A program made the translations under genes and the position numbers. This document shows positions 36,851 through 50,867 of a DNA stretch of 64,000 nt, in pieces. The notes beneath the pieces were generated by a model. It worked only from the letters and a program-made list of their open reading frames with translations, did no database searches and was not told the origin of the DNA. The DNA is from Octopus sinensis (Eukaryota). The stretch lies in NCBI RefSeq assembly GCF_006345805.1, contig NC_043012.1, positions 23,684,001-23,748,000 on the forward strand, written 5' to 3'. The first letter of the stretch is position 1; the number at the start of each line of letters is the position of its first letter.

Positions 36851-38359
36851 GTGTTGTACATTAGATCATCCCCTTCCATCAAATCAAGGTTGTCTCAAAA
36901 AAGGAACATGATGTACCACACATCAGGTGTCTAAATGATTGCAGAGCAATATGAGATCAAGTCTCTTGCTCAAGATCACAATGCACCATTTGGTCTACAA
37001 ATTGAAGTCATGACCTCAAGATTGTAAGTGCAACTGCCTACCCACTAGGCCATACACCCCCCATATATATATATATATGGGTAACATAGTTTGCATGGAG
37101 CATTATCTAATAGAGATGAATATTTCTAATTTTTTTTTTAAAGCCAAAACAATGTTAGTTGGTGGTTTGTACTTTTGGGTATTTTGGGGTTACAACCCCT
37201 TCCTCAGGAAAATTTTAGAAATTTTGTCTTGTGAACTGATTTTTCCAGTCTGTAATGTGTGCATGTATATGCAGAGGGTGTTTTGGTTTAAACCCGGGGT
37301 TTGCTTTTTAAATATAATTAATGAGCATCACTGGGGACATTAATCTCTGAAACAATATTCATAAATACCATTTATTATATTAATTATGAATTCCATGTGG
37401 TCAAACAAAGAAAAGTAAAATGTTTGATGAAATGCAATTAATAACACAGGGGTGGGTGCGGAGGATGGGGATACAAGGTTTTATTTTAAAGTGTTCAGAG
37501 TAACAGAGACTAGGACAAATTCCAAACAAGAAGTACAGGAATAGTTGCTGCTTTGGGGCAAGAAAATTAACATTTATTCAGAGCATGATAATATTAGAAA
37601 CTATTTTACAATGCCATTCTAAAAATATGCAAAAAAAAGAAAGAAAGAAAGAAAGAAGAGAGTAATTATTACCGAAAGGCAGATGTACAGTTTCAGAAGA
37701 CTATCAATGTTTCATTTATCATACTCACACAGGAACACACACACACACAATTCTACAAATTCATATTTGTCTACAGTTAAAGACCTCATCTGACTGATGT
37801 TTCTTTCCTATTTTTTTCCTTTTTTTTTGCATTCAATTCCAGATAGCTACAGCAATTATGAATACGCCCCTTCAGAATAGGAATCTTTCCATTTGTTGTT
37901 AAATTTCTTTTAAAATATTTATACAGACAGAAAATACCAATAACATAATTGCAGTCTCATTCTAAAAAAAAAGAAAAAAAAAAAAAGAAAAGTTTATGCT
38001 AAGTGAGTTTCAATGATATGTGTGAAGAATCTATGACACTAAACACTTCCACCAGTTCATCTTGTTAACCCGTTTTTGTGACGATCACACTCCTCAGAAT
38101 AAGTCTCCATGGGCTATCATCATCCTAATAATCCGTCATCATCATCATGAATGTCGACTTTTTTCTAGGCCAGATGCCTTTTATGTGATCGACCTGTTCC
38201 TGCTTCCAAGCAAGGTAATATTTCCCAATGGCCAGACATTTTCCCCATGAAAGACTAGAAAAAATTCAGTGACATTTGGACATGCCTCTTCTGTTATAGC
38301 TCTCGAATGATCAAAGCCTAGTGAGGAAATTGATTGACATAAACTGAAAGCTCATCATA

Positions 38360-38404
<45 letters not shown>

Positions 38405-38905
38405 TCTTCGTTTAACGTCCACTTTCCATGCTAGCATGGGTTGGACAATTTGACTGAGGACTGGCAAACCAGATGGCTGCACCAGTCTCCAATCTGATCT
38501 GGCAGAGTTTCTACAGCTGGATGCCCATCCTAATGCCAACAACTCTGAGAGTGTAGTGGGTGCTTTTATGTGCTGCCAGCACAAGGACCAGTCAGGCGGT
38601 ACTGGCAACGGCCACGCACAAATGGTGTTTTTTACGTGCCACCAGCACGGAAGCCTGTCAGCGGCTCTGGCAGTGATCACGCTCGGATAGTGCTCTTAGC
38701 ACTCCACTGACACGGGTGCCAGTCATTGAATTTGCGAATTTGATTTGATTTTGATTTCACTTGCAGGTCTTCGCAAGCAGAGATTACTGTCCACTGAAGG
38801 AAAGGTATGCATAAGTGAGCTGGTTACACCCCTGGCATAGGCCACGGGTTATGGTCTCACTTGGCTTGCCAGGACTTCTCCCGCACTGCATATTTCCAAA
38901 GGTCT

Positions 38906-38936
<31 letters not shown>

Positions 38937-38941
<5 letters not shown>

Positions 38942-39224
38942 TAGAAAAAAAAACACCTTTTATCAATTCAAAATGAACAGTTAAATTACATATAATACAA
39001 ATATAAAATTAAAATAACAATAATATACTGATGATTAAGTAAATTGAAAAAAAATAATAAAAATGTATATATTTGGTATTTTATTCTATTTTCTTTTTGC
39101 AATTTACTTAATCATCGGTATATTATTGTTATTTTAATTTTATATTTCTACTATATGTAATTTTCTAGATGGTGTAATTTAATTGTTCATTTTGAATTGA
39201 TAAAAGGTGGTTGTTTCTAATTTA
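38937..39224. repeat. AT-rich fold-back (near-palindromic) repeat in a TA array
   Basis: 38937-38990 pairs with 39173-39224, and 38999-39065 pairs with 39075-39148. The same sequence occurs at about 3590-3730. Confidence 0.85.
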
Positions 39225-40204
39225 TATATATATATATATATTGTGAGCATGTGTATGTATGTTTGTGTTAGTCCCCAATCACCACTTGGCAACTGCTGTT
39301 GGGTTACGTCACTATAACTTAGAGGTTCAGCAAAGAGATTCCAATGGAATTAATAACAAATGTAAGAACTAAGTATTGGGGTCCATCTGTTCAGCCAAAT
39401 CCTTCAAGGTAGTGCTCCAGCATGGTCACAGTCCAGTGGCTGAAACAAGTTGTTATAAAAAGTAGAAAAGCTTTGTTATGATGCATTTTATGATAATGGT
39501 TATTTGTAGAGGTCGTGTAAAAGAGAATGGTAAGAAGAGAGACTGAGAGAATGGAATAATACTAAGCAGAAGGGAGAAAGAGGCAAAGGGGGGAATAAAG
39601 AAGATGGGAAGGAAGAAAGTGAGAAGCTGTGTGGGGGAGAAAAAGAGAGAAGATGAAGTGAATTGAGTAAGTAAGAGATGCAAAGAATGAGAAAAGTATG
39701 GTTTGAGAAATCAAGAATTAGGGAGATAAATTTGAAGTTGAAAAGCAAAACACACACACACACAAAGAATTTAAAAGAAAGATAGACAGAGCTAGTATTA
39801 GATAGAGAGAAAATATGTTCCTTCTTTAGAATTTGCAATCATTTTCGTCTTTATTATGATGAAATGGTAAATGCCCAGAGGGTGACATCACATGATCAAA
39901 CTCCTCCATATACACACACAGAATTATGGCAAGAACAAAACTAGCCAAGTTATTAATTCATTTTGGTGCTATTGTGCTGGAACTAATTCTTCAATTTCTT
40001 TTTGTCAAGGTCCTCAAAATAAGGAGGGAGGGAACTGGCTCACTGGTATTTCAGAAATCAAGAACAGTGACCAAATTAACCAAATTCAGTTGTTATCAGT
40101 CTGAGATGGTTTTGTTGTTTGTTGTTTGTTTGCAGCAAAGTGCAATCTTTTGCAATGTAATGCACCAACTATGCATAGAAACTGTTAACAGATGCTGCTG
40201 TTGC

Positions 40205-40392
40205 TGTTGAGCATAGCGGTCTTCGTCCAGTGGGAGAAGTTCGAAACGTGGTCCTTTGCTATTCGTAAGACCTGCAGAAGAGAAAGCAGGTCAACCGCCA
40301 ACACCGAGAGCATCGACGGATGGATGAATGTGCATCCAGGCTCAGTGGTTGCATAGGAAGTCGGAGACAAGAAACAGAAAGAATGAGTGCCT
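40205..40392 (-). mobile_element. 3' part of SINE family D
   Basis: The reverse complement shares ttctttctgtttcttgtctc.gacttccta.gcaacc.ctgagcctggatgc with 54970-55025. Confidence 0.7.
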
Positions 40393-40442
40393 CACATAAG
40401 CTGATTATGATATATAATGGGCATTTCTATCTATGAGGACGA

Positions 40443-40658
40443 TGGGTGCCACTGAAAAGTTCCTGGCTTTGGGTAAAAGAAAATACAGGAGGATCAGTTA
40501 ATCATGTTTTTATCCAACATATTTCCCTCTCAGATTCACACACTTATTGCAGAGGTCCTTCAGTTCTTCTAAGCCCTGTAAATGAACTCGGAAGACTGGG
40601 TCACTAACCAGGCCTTTCACAATACCCTTAAAGCCAACAACTTTTCAACACCCACATA
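40443..40658. mobile_element. mariner-like MITE
   Basis: Left tgggtgccactgaaaagttcctggcttt vs right aaagccaacaacttttcaacaccca (imperfect TIRs), ending in TA. Confidence 0.65.
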
Positions 40659-41746
40659 TAATCATCATCATTGTTTAACGTCCCTTTTCCATGCTGGTAT
40701 GGGTTGGATGGTTCAACTGGGGTCTGGGAAGCCAGGAGGCTGCACCGGGATTCAGTCTGATCTGGTAGTGTTTCTACAGCTAGATGCCCTTCCTAACGCC
40801 AACCACTCTGAGAGTATAGTGGGTGCTTTTTTACGTGCCACTGGTACAGGGGCCAGAGGAGGCTGGCAACAACCATGATCAGTTGGTGCTTTTTATGTCC
40901 CACCTGCACAGATCTCTATCTATATCTACATATATAAACATATATCTATATAGATAAATATCCCTGGTCAGTCAATACACTTCTGGAATTGTGAAGTTAG
41001 ATATTTAGCCTCAATCAGAGGCATAAGTAGGTGTGAGTGTTTAAGAAACTTGCTTTGCAACCAAGTGGTTCCAGGTTCAGACCCACTCTGTGGTAACTTT
41101 GGCAGATGTCTTCTTCTATAACCCTAGGCCAATTATTGCCTTGTGAAGCAATTTTGTTGACATAAAGTGTGCAAAAGCTTGTGTGTGTGTGCATGTTTGT
41201 GTGTGTGTGTGCAGCATGCGTGTGACTTTGTTACACCCCCCCACTGCTTAATAACAGGTGTTAGTTTGTTTACATCCTTGTAACTTAGGGGTTCGACAAA
41301 AGAGAGCAACTGCAAAATGACAAGATTTAAAAAAAAAGTCACTAAAACTATTACAGGAGGTGCCTCAACATGGCCACAGCCTAATAACTGAAACAAGCAA
41401 ATACCAAAAGATAATATCATGGACAGACAGACAGACAGATGGAATCACACACACACATATACAAAGCCTCATACGAGGTGAAAACATGCATATTAAATCT
41501 TTAACAAAACCTAAAGTCAATGTATAGTCTTAGACATAATTAAAAGGAAAATAATTTGTAAGAAATTTTCATCTTGGTAATATTTTCTCGTTAATATGAT
41601 GTGTAATCATGGAAAATGGAAATATTTTGTTGTTTTTATTTTCCCCATTTTTTTTTTTGTTTTCTTCTGTTGTTTGTTCTTGCTTATTCTTATCCTCTGA
41701 AACTGTGAATTGAAGCCAGAATAATAAATCGTCAACATTTTTATAT

Positions 41747-41792
<46 letters not shown>

Positions 41793-42045
41793 TAATAATA
41801 ATAATGATAGCGATAATAACAATAATACATTGGAAAACTTCTCGCTTATTGTACTGTAAACAGGTAACAATGGACACACATTCCAAATCCTCAGTGTCAC
41901 TCACAATTAAATACATTTACGAATACTGGCAATTACTGAAAAGCTACGTTGCTAGCCCCGAGGACTTCTCAGCAATGCTTACATCTCGTGTAAGAGAAAA
42001 GAACAGAATTTGAAAAGAAGGGTATGATTCACATGCTCGGCATAC

Positions 42046-42119
42046 TGATTAGCAGCAGGATTGGGTTGTTGCTTGTCTTCCGGTGAATGCTGTGACTCGC
42101 AGGCAATGCCACATCCCAT
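42046..42119 (-). CDS. Candidate first coding exon with MGCG N-terminus
   Basis: cacgaaaATGGga has strong Kozak context and encodes MGCGIACESQHSPEDKQQPNPAAN. Donor CA|gtatgc at 42045; alternative donor AT|gtaagc at 41982. GC is locally elevated and the segment is non-repetitive. No homolog recognised. Confidence 0.3.
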
Positions 42120-42390
42120 TTTCGTGAAGGATCATTTCTTAAGACATGGAAGGAAAGCCTTGCCGTTGTTATATACATTAAACAGAACACTAATTGGTAG
42201 AAATAACACTAATGCATATATCTTCACCTACACTTGAAGGTCACTGATTTCAACGGACAGTTATTATCAATTTGTACTAATGTGTATATCAAATTTTGCC
42301 TTATGCTACTACTACTACTACTGCTACTGTTACCACTGTTATTACTACGAATAATAATGCATAACATGAAGAACAACAATATAGCTGTTG

Positions 42391-42421
<31 letters not shown>

Positions 42422-43793
42422 ACAGGAAATACAGAACTAAAGTTGGTTGACTACAATACAATATCAATGAAACTTACGAGAGTTTTAATTGTTAAAATGA
42501 TATCATTTGATAACGATGTAACAAGTCTAATGTGAAACAAATTCTTGAATAGGTATGGCCGAGTGGTCGAGAAGTTTACTTCTCAAACAGGTAGTTTGGG
42601 GTTCAGTCCCACGACACAGCACCTTGCACAAGAATATTCAAATGCAACACCACTGCATTGTGTGTAAATTTCATAGAAAGAAACTGCAAGAAGCCCATTA
42701 TTTATATATACTCATCATCATCATCAGTTAATGTCCATATACTATTCTGGCATCAGTTTAACAGTTTTACTCCGGTGTCTGATTTGGCATGGGTTTATGG
42801 CTAGAAATCCCTCCTAATACCAGAAAATTAAAATAGAATGACCTGACGTCTGTTTTCCGTGCTAACACGGGTTGGACGGTTCGACTGGGGCCTGGGAAAC
42901 CAGGAGGCTTCACCAGGCTCCAGTCTGATCTGGCAGTGTTTCTACAGCTGGATGCCCTTCCTAATGCCAACCACTCTGTGAGTGTAGCGGGTGCTTTTTA
43001 CATACCACACATACATAGAATGGGGTGGCTTTTAAGCTAGCTTCCGTGTAGAGATCTTCAGTAAGCCTTGGGCCCAACAACGAAACTTCATGCATTGAGT
43101 ACATATTAAATTTTATTAAACTTGAACAATATTTTTCAAGCAATGAACAACTTTCATCAAAACAATGATATAATTTGTCAACTTCTAACTTATTGCAAAG
43201 CTGCATGATAAGCAACAGTACCACCACATCTTCCATACACACACCATTCAAACTTCTGATGCCACCAACATCAATACCTTTGACTTCGCTGCCTTCCCCT
43301 CCACCTCTATTACCAGTGTGGTAATAGTGAGAGATGGGATTCGAAGCGTGACACACTGACACACAGAAATTAGTTTTCACATTTACTATATTAGATATTC
43401 ACGCACAAATATATACATACACACACTTATATATACACATACATGTGTGTGTATGTACATGTAGGACATCCCTCATCTTGACACTTTTGTGTGAGTTAGT
43501 TATAAAAAAAGTCACCATTCATACATGTGGTATCACTTGCTTGGAATCTTCTGTAAAAAGAATATCTCATCAATGATCTATTCATTATCTGAGGAATTAG
43601 GGGAAATATTATTTGCTTGGAAAAAGATAAGAGTTGCACACAAGGAGAGCACCCACCACAGAGGATCTGCTTCAACAAGCTCTGTCTGAACAATGCAAGC
43701 ATGGAAAAAGTAGGGGCTACAACAACAATGGCGATAAAGATGATGATGATGATGATGGTGATAAGAATGATATTGATGAAAATGTTCATGATA

Positions 43794-43955
43794 GGCGTAG
43801 GAGTGGCTGCGTGTTAAGTAGCTTGTTTACCAACCACATGGTTCTGGGTTCAGTCCCACTGTGTGGCACCTTGGGCAAGTGGCTTCTACTATAGCCTCGG
43901 GCCAACCAAAGCCTTGTGAGTGGATTTGGTAGACGGAAACTGAAAGAAGCCCGTC

Positions 43956-44003
<48 letters not shown>

Positions 44004-44224
44004 GCGTGTGTGTTTGTGTGTCTGTGTTTGTCCCCCTAGCATTGCTTGACAACCGATGCTGGTGTGTTTATGTCCCCGTTACTTAGCGGTTTGGCAAAAG
44101 AGACCGATTGAATAAGTACTGGGCTTACAAAGAATAAGTCCCGGGGTCGAGTTGCTCGATTAAAGGTGGTGCTCCAGCATGGCCACAGTCAAATGACTGA
44201 AACAAGTAAAAGAATAAAAGAGTA
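43794..44224 (+). mobile_element. tRNA-headed CORE-like SINE, family A, full length
   Basis: ggcgtaggagtggctgcgtgttaagtagcttg...ggttctgggttcagtcccactgtgtggcaccttgggcaagtggcttct...(TA)n(TG)n...gtgctccagcatggccacagtcaaatgactgaaacaagtaaaaga. Further decayed copies lie at about 24315-24720, 41025-41400, 61905-62335 (minus) and 63430-63805. Confidence 0.9.
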
Positions 44225-45369
44225 AAGGAGTATATGATGATAATGATGACGATGATGATGAAAATGATGACGATGAAGAGGATGATGGTAACAAGGATGA
44301 TGTCGGCAATGTCAGTGATGGTGACGGTGATGATAATGATGATTAAAATGTAAATGTTATCGATGACATCGCTGTTGCTGTAATGACTGAAAATATGTTT
44401 GGTTTAATTAGCGAATTCTTCCTTGTTTGTATGCCATTTAATTAATTATAGGAATACCAGTTGATGTAAAACACTCATCACACCATTTTCAGAATGGTAC
44501 CTAATGGCACTGACATTCCAAAAAATATATATATAGTAGTGCTGGGAAGATAATAAAATTGTATTTTTAAAGAAGAAAATTTGAAAAACACAAACTGAGT
44601 TTCTAAATACACCATCTCCATAACTGTGTGAATAATTAACATATCTTGCACTGTTGATAGGCAAAGTTACTTAAGTATTTGTCTTGAGATAACATCTCTT
44701 ATGGACTTACTGTGTTAAAAATACAATAAATATTGGAGGGAGATGATAATTTGTTCCAGCAGTGGCCAGCAAGAACACTAGATATATTTCAATTGTTTTG
44801 GGTGCCTTTGCAATGACATGCACTAACAGTCAGCCACTTTTCCTTGGATATATATTGTGCTTTTAACATGGCATATCCTCAAGAAATGTTATCTCAGGAG
44901 AAATACTGCAGTAACTGGCCTATCAGCTGTGTATATGAATTAAGTATGATACACTGATGGCTGTTTTAATCTAATACTACCTCAGTAAAGTATACTTGCT
45001 GAACCACTTCTTAGTCACGATTGATCCCAGTTCTACTCTGACCCTGAGGAGTAGTACCTGTCAGGTTCCCAGATATAGGCTATTAACATATTAGGGCTTA
45101 TTCACCTATGTATGGTGAGACTGAACCCAGCTGAGAAAGAAAGGTTCATGGTTCAGTGGAAGAAGAGGCAGCTACAGCAAGACATTATAGGGTTAGGAGA
45201 GCTGATCTTGCCACTGGACTGAAGATGGTCATGGACATGAACGAGTGAAGTTGGTGGTGTGCAACTTCTCTTCATTTGAAACAGAATCACTACATAAGTC
45301 ATCAGTGAAGGATGACTAGATGGTCTTTGTTCACAATTTCTTCTCTAACCTCACCTCCTAGCCTAGCTC

Positions 45370-45975
45370 ATTCCCCTGCACCCACCCACACTGCCACACT
45401 TGACCCTGCCTCTCTGACACCACCTTCATCACAGGCAACCATCATTGTCCCTACCACATCCCTGACTCCTTTACCTGCACTTCTAGTAACATCATTTACT
45501 GCATCTCCTGCTCTTCCCTGTACACCAGTCAAACAGGATGCCACTGGCTGACTGGTTCACAGAGCATCTCCGAAACATCTGACTTGGCAACAACATCCTG
45601 GTCTCATGCCATTCCTGCTCTACCGGCCATTCACCACATCATCTGTCTGTGTTCAGATTGTTTTTACACAAGGGCCATCTGGACTCCCATCTTTGCCATG
45701 AACAGGAATTAATCTTCCCTCTTTGCTCCTTTGTGCCACGTGGGCTCAAATCCCCTCCTCTCTTCATCTGACACCTGTTTCCTCTCTTTATCTGACATCT
45801 ACTTCCCCTCTTCATTTTTTCTCTGTTCTTTTTCCTCTAATTCCTTTCTGTTGAAGAGCATAGGCTCGAAACATAAAACACTTTTTCATTTTTCATTTTC
45901 CCAAGCATCAAACTAATACACCTGCTTGTTGTTCATACACCTGTTTTCGTCTTTCGTTTTTCTATAAATTTCATC
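45370..45975 (+). mobile_element. Penelope-like element 3' part: GIY-YIG endonuclease remnant plus pseudo-LTR
   Basis: FPCTHPHCHT*PC...HIPDSFTCTSSNIIYCISCS.SLYTSQTG, frameshift, LADWFTEHLRNI*LGN...HEQELIFPLCSFVPRGLKS: CxxxxCxxC, (I/V)IY..C...Y.GQTG, EHL and E..I...P.GLN motifs of PLE endonucleases. A hammerhead-like pLTR follows at 45841-45975. Confidence 0.88.
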
Positions 45976-48334
45976 TATAAATACATATATGTATATATAT
46001 ATATATATAATATATATATATATAATATATATATATATATATCTGAATGTGATCGATGACAGGACCACCTAACCGGCTCTTGTGCAAGTGGCACATAAAA
46101 AGCGCCCTCTGAATGTGACATGAGTATGAGTCAGTGTGTTTGCAGTGGATGGTGGTAGAGAGAGCAGAGTGGTGTATACTGATATGCGTGTGCATTGTGT
46201 GAGAGAGTGTGTATATATAAAGGATATATATATATATATGCATTTAATTATATTATTAGGTTACAGTGCTCCAGCATGACCATCAAACTCCACTGGCAGG
46301 AACCACTTAAATAGTATGGACGTTGAAAACCATTTGATATTATGAATTCTAGAAGTTTAAGATTAGAAAGATATGTAAAAGTTAGAAAACTGTATTCCCC
46401 AACATATGTCATCTTGAACAAGTTCATCAACTACCATGACAATTTATAATATGACCATCCGAACAACACACACAAAGTAATTATACATATACATACACAC
46501 AAACACACATAAGCATATACATCTTCACAACAAGTTTGTTTAATGTAGCAACAGTTTGTAACTGAAGTTGAACCTAATTAATATCAAAGTGAAGCAATTC
46601 ATTTAAACAGTAATTAAAACTGATTGATGGAACTGTTGGGAGTGAAGTCGAAGATGAAGTGATACAGGAAACGATGTTGCTGATTAACGATGCCATGTCA
46701 TCGATGGTTACAGTGATGGAAACACAGTAAAGATGAGCTGAGATGAGATATTGTGCCAAAATAGGAGGGGGGGTTGGATGGGAGGGTGTTGGAGGTGAAG
46801 GGGCAACAAGAGAGGGGGAACGGTGGTGACAACAATATGTGAAGAATTGATATGGTGGAAGCGGAGGGAGTGAGTAAGTGAGCAGCTGGTTGGCTGGTGT
46901 GTGTGGTGTGTGGTGTGTGAGGTGGTGGTAGTAAGTGTCTGGATGTTGGTACATGTGTGTGACTGATAGTAGAAGATAGTATGTTTGACGAGATTAATGG
47001 ATTAACTGAAATAATCTACAATGCAAGACCTAATATTATGAAATGAAGAATCACACTGAAAAAGTTGTCAAAGTAGAAAGAAGGAATAAGGAATAAATGA
47101 GCAAAAGAAGGTAATCGAGTCCCCCCCACCCCATCCCCACAAAAAAAAAAAGAAAGCAAACGAAGACAAAGAAAAATAAAAAATCTTGTTGATCATTTGC
47201 TAAAAGAATAAAAAAAAAGAAAAACAAGATGTAAAATTATAGAAATCACAGTAATTAAATTGGAAGATGTCCTTTACGTTTATTAACCTAGACATTTTTC
47301 TATGTTTATTATTAACAATATATTTTAATTAGTGTAATCTCTCAGTGTTTTCAGGTGCCACATTTCAACACCTAATATTGTATTTTCTCTTAGAGTGAAC
47401 TAAAATGTTAGAGTCATTTGTGTGAAGAACACAAGATCTATTCTGTAACATCTTGAACATTTCTTTTTTTATAGTCCAGACCAACCAATGCTGTGGGCGT
47501 TAATTTCATTAGTGGAAACAGTGTGGAAGCCTCTCATATAATCTTTACTTTCATGGTTCTGCTAGGAAAGATATAAAGCCTGGATTTTTACCTGCTCTGT
47601 TCCCTCAATTTAGATTTTTATTTGCATTCATAGCAACCCTAGTTGCTAACCGTGAACTATATAAAAAAAAACTTTTTCAGCTTAACAAACTTCAATATGG
47701 GAAAAGCCTACAACCTTCTCTGCCAATAAACTATTATTGTTCCTGAAAGTTGCTTCTTATCCCTTCTACAGACTACTCAAAACTTGCTTCCCAACCACAT
47801 TGTTTCAGGCCCAGTCCTACTGTGTGGTACCTTACATAAAAGTCTTCCACTAAGACCCTGAGTGAAGCAAAACCTTGCTATTAGATTTGGTAAATGGAAA
47901 CTAAAACGACTGTCACACACAACTCACATTTTATGTATGTGTGTATATATATATATATACATACATACACACAAAGGAAGTGTGGTGATGACAAAATAAG
48001 TAGAGCTCAATATTGCTGGAAAGAAAGAACTATAATTATTGATACAAGTGTAGAGACTTACATTCTAAACAATAACACAAGCTCAAATTTAATCAATCAA
48101 AATTTCTCCAAAACAGCTCTCCATAACAATCCAATCTAAAACCTAATTACTACCCTTCTCAAACACAAGGAAGACTTTAAGCCAACAGAGACTATACAAA
48201 ACTAAGATTAATGCATCACAATGGCTTAACTAGCCAAAAATTCAAAGTCCCTATATATATATATATATATACACACACATACACGTATATATATAGACAC
48301 ATATATATTTATATATATATACACACTGATGCAC

Positions 48335-48369
<35 letters not shown>

Positions 48370-49670
48370 TGTTTCTTTATTAGCCACACGGGGCTGCACA
48401 CAGACAGGACAAAGTAGAGCTTTTCTTTTTGGGGAGCAAAAAAAAAAGTGGGGTAGGCTTTCGATCAAAAGGGATTGTAAAAGGGAAAGAATGAAAGAAA
48501 AAAAAGGAAAGAAAAATAGAAAGATAGATAGACAGACAGACAGGTAGATAGATACACATACAGAGTATCCATATTTCATAAAGGCTTATTTGAATGTGTA
48601 TCATATTAAAATTCTGAGAGGTCTAGTTTTTCATTTTATCATTTTGCAATCAATAATAACTCAGGTACTAATCTAGTATGGGTGTATGATTTAATTAATG
48701 AAAGCCTTCCCTCACTTTCCCTTTCTCTCCCACCATAAAAATGGAAAACAAAACAAAATTGTGTTCTGTTGTCCCTGTGTAAGATATGATGATCAAAACA
48801 GCTTCGTAAGTAAAAGGGTCATCATACCCCCATCTTATTAAAGCCATTATGTTTTTTTAAGCACAGAATTGTACTCACTCCTGTTGGCTTGACTGATAGT
48901 AAAGATACACACACACACATATATATAAAACACTTATTGCTTCATGGCTGAGTGATTATTGGTTGGAAAAATCATCCAACTGTAAAAAGCAATTGTTGAG
49001 CAAATACGAATTGCACTCCTGTAAGCATGATAAAATTGATGTAATACAATAATCACCAATACTAAGTAGACTCTTAGCTTTGAAAAATATGTCTGTGTAT
49101 GTATGAAGCGGAGGCTTACATTACATATGTGTCTATGTGGAGGTGTGCCATTGTGTGTAGTCAATGAGTAATGAAATGGAGTTATAGTTAGGTGCTTTCA
49201 CAAAATGATGGACTATTAGCCTACGTTATTCTATGCTGTTTTTGGTTTCACATATTGAACCATAGCCATGCTGGGACGCCACTCTGTCAGGTATTGCTGA
49301 TTATATCATCACGTTCCTCCTCATCACGATATTTCATTTCATCGAGCTCAGAATGATAAAACGTAATCCGAACCTAGGTAGAGTTTGAACTTGAAAACAT
49401 CTCTCTCATACATACATACATACATGTGTGTGTGTGTGTGTGTGTAAAAGCAAATAAGCTAGTTGTAAAATCTGTGTGAGAGATGAACACAGTAGCTATA
49501 CTGGCAAGTAATGTTTGTTGCCATTTCAACATGGTTGTTCCGTTCAACCAGAACAGCAATGTCAAAGTGGCGACAAACATTACTGATATATATATATATA
49601 TATATATATTTTATGTATTGATTAAGTCTTTCCTTGTTTGTTTTGCAAAATAGTCGTTTTGTCTCTAATA

Positions 49671-49707
<37 letters not shown>

Positions 49708-49745
49708 CACACATATATATATATATATATAACACATATATATAT

Positions 49746-49804
<59 letters not shown>

Positions 49805-49805
49805 T

Positions 49806-49971
49806 GATAGATTGTTAGCCACTACACACATTTTTTTCTGTGTCCCTTTCTGTAAAAGAGCATAGGCTCGAAACGTAAAAGACTTTTTTCTATTCCTGAG
49901 CGTTATACTAATACATCTGTTTGTTTTGTACACCACCTGTCTTCGTCTTTTGTTTTTTTTGTAAACTCTCC

Positions 49972-49975
<4 letters not shown>
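49806..49975 (+). mobile_element. Solo Penelope-type pseudo-LTR in a TA array
   Basis: gatagattgttagccactacac...tttctgtaaaagagcataggctcgaaacgtaaaagac...caccacctgtcttcgtcttttgtt. Homologous to 45841-45975; a deleted copy lies at about 54322-54455. Confidence 0.75.
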
Positions 49976-50016
<41 letters not shown>

Positions 50017-50811
50017 TAGTATACATTATGCTGTATGTTTATTGACCATAAATTTGTATATATATATCATTATGTAGAGCTCTGAGTAACAGTTTGTCGA
50101 GTTTTTTGGGGGCTTTAACAATATAACATTTTTACTCTACCTTAGGTATTCGAGTACTATTTAATTCTACTACTTTTAACCATCTTCAAACCTTTCGTTG
50201 AAGTTACAACTATAAATATTTATTCATTACTGTTGTTACAATAAATAAATTCATTATTCTGGTATCAATCAACAAACATATACATCTAAAGTGCACGCAC
50301 AGTCCTCATTAAAGTTTTTTAAACTTAAAACTGAATCCCATTTTGTAGTCAACAGATTTATAACTACACACTCATGTTACCTCTCATCCCTATTGCCTCC
50401 TCTCTCTACTAGTTAGCTTAACCCTTTCTTCCCACACGCATTGCATTGACCACCAAACCACACAGCTAAAGGATAATCTTTTATCTTGTATTTCACTCCC
50501 ACCTGGATAACCCTACCCCAACTAAAACCCTAGTCTTCATTCCAGCCCAGTGGCTGATCTAGCCAACTGCAATTTCTTGCTGACAAATCTTTGTGTACAC
50601 AGAAGCTCACTCCCTCCATCAGATCGACATTAACTGTACAGGTGCTATGGGTGCCATATGTCAGATGACAACATGATCACAGAGCAATTTGAAATGAAGT
50701 GCTTTGCCTAAGAACACAACACCCAGTCTTGGAATTAAACTCATGATCTTGTAATCATGAGTGCAACACTCTAACCCCTAAGCCATGTACCTCCACACAC
50801 ACACACACACA

Positions 50812-50859
<48 letters not shown>

Positions 50860-50867
50860 ATATATAA

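Noticed and set aside
42961-43380. 139-aa non-repetitive minus-strand ORF
   Set aside because: It starts at GTG, ends inside a SINE, and shows no recognisable domain or convincing splice boundaries. A BLASTp/tBLASTn hit would be needed to revive it.
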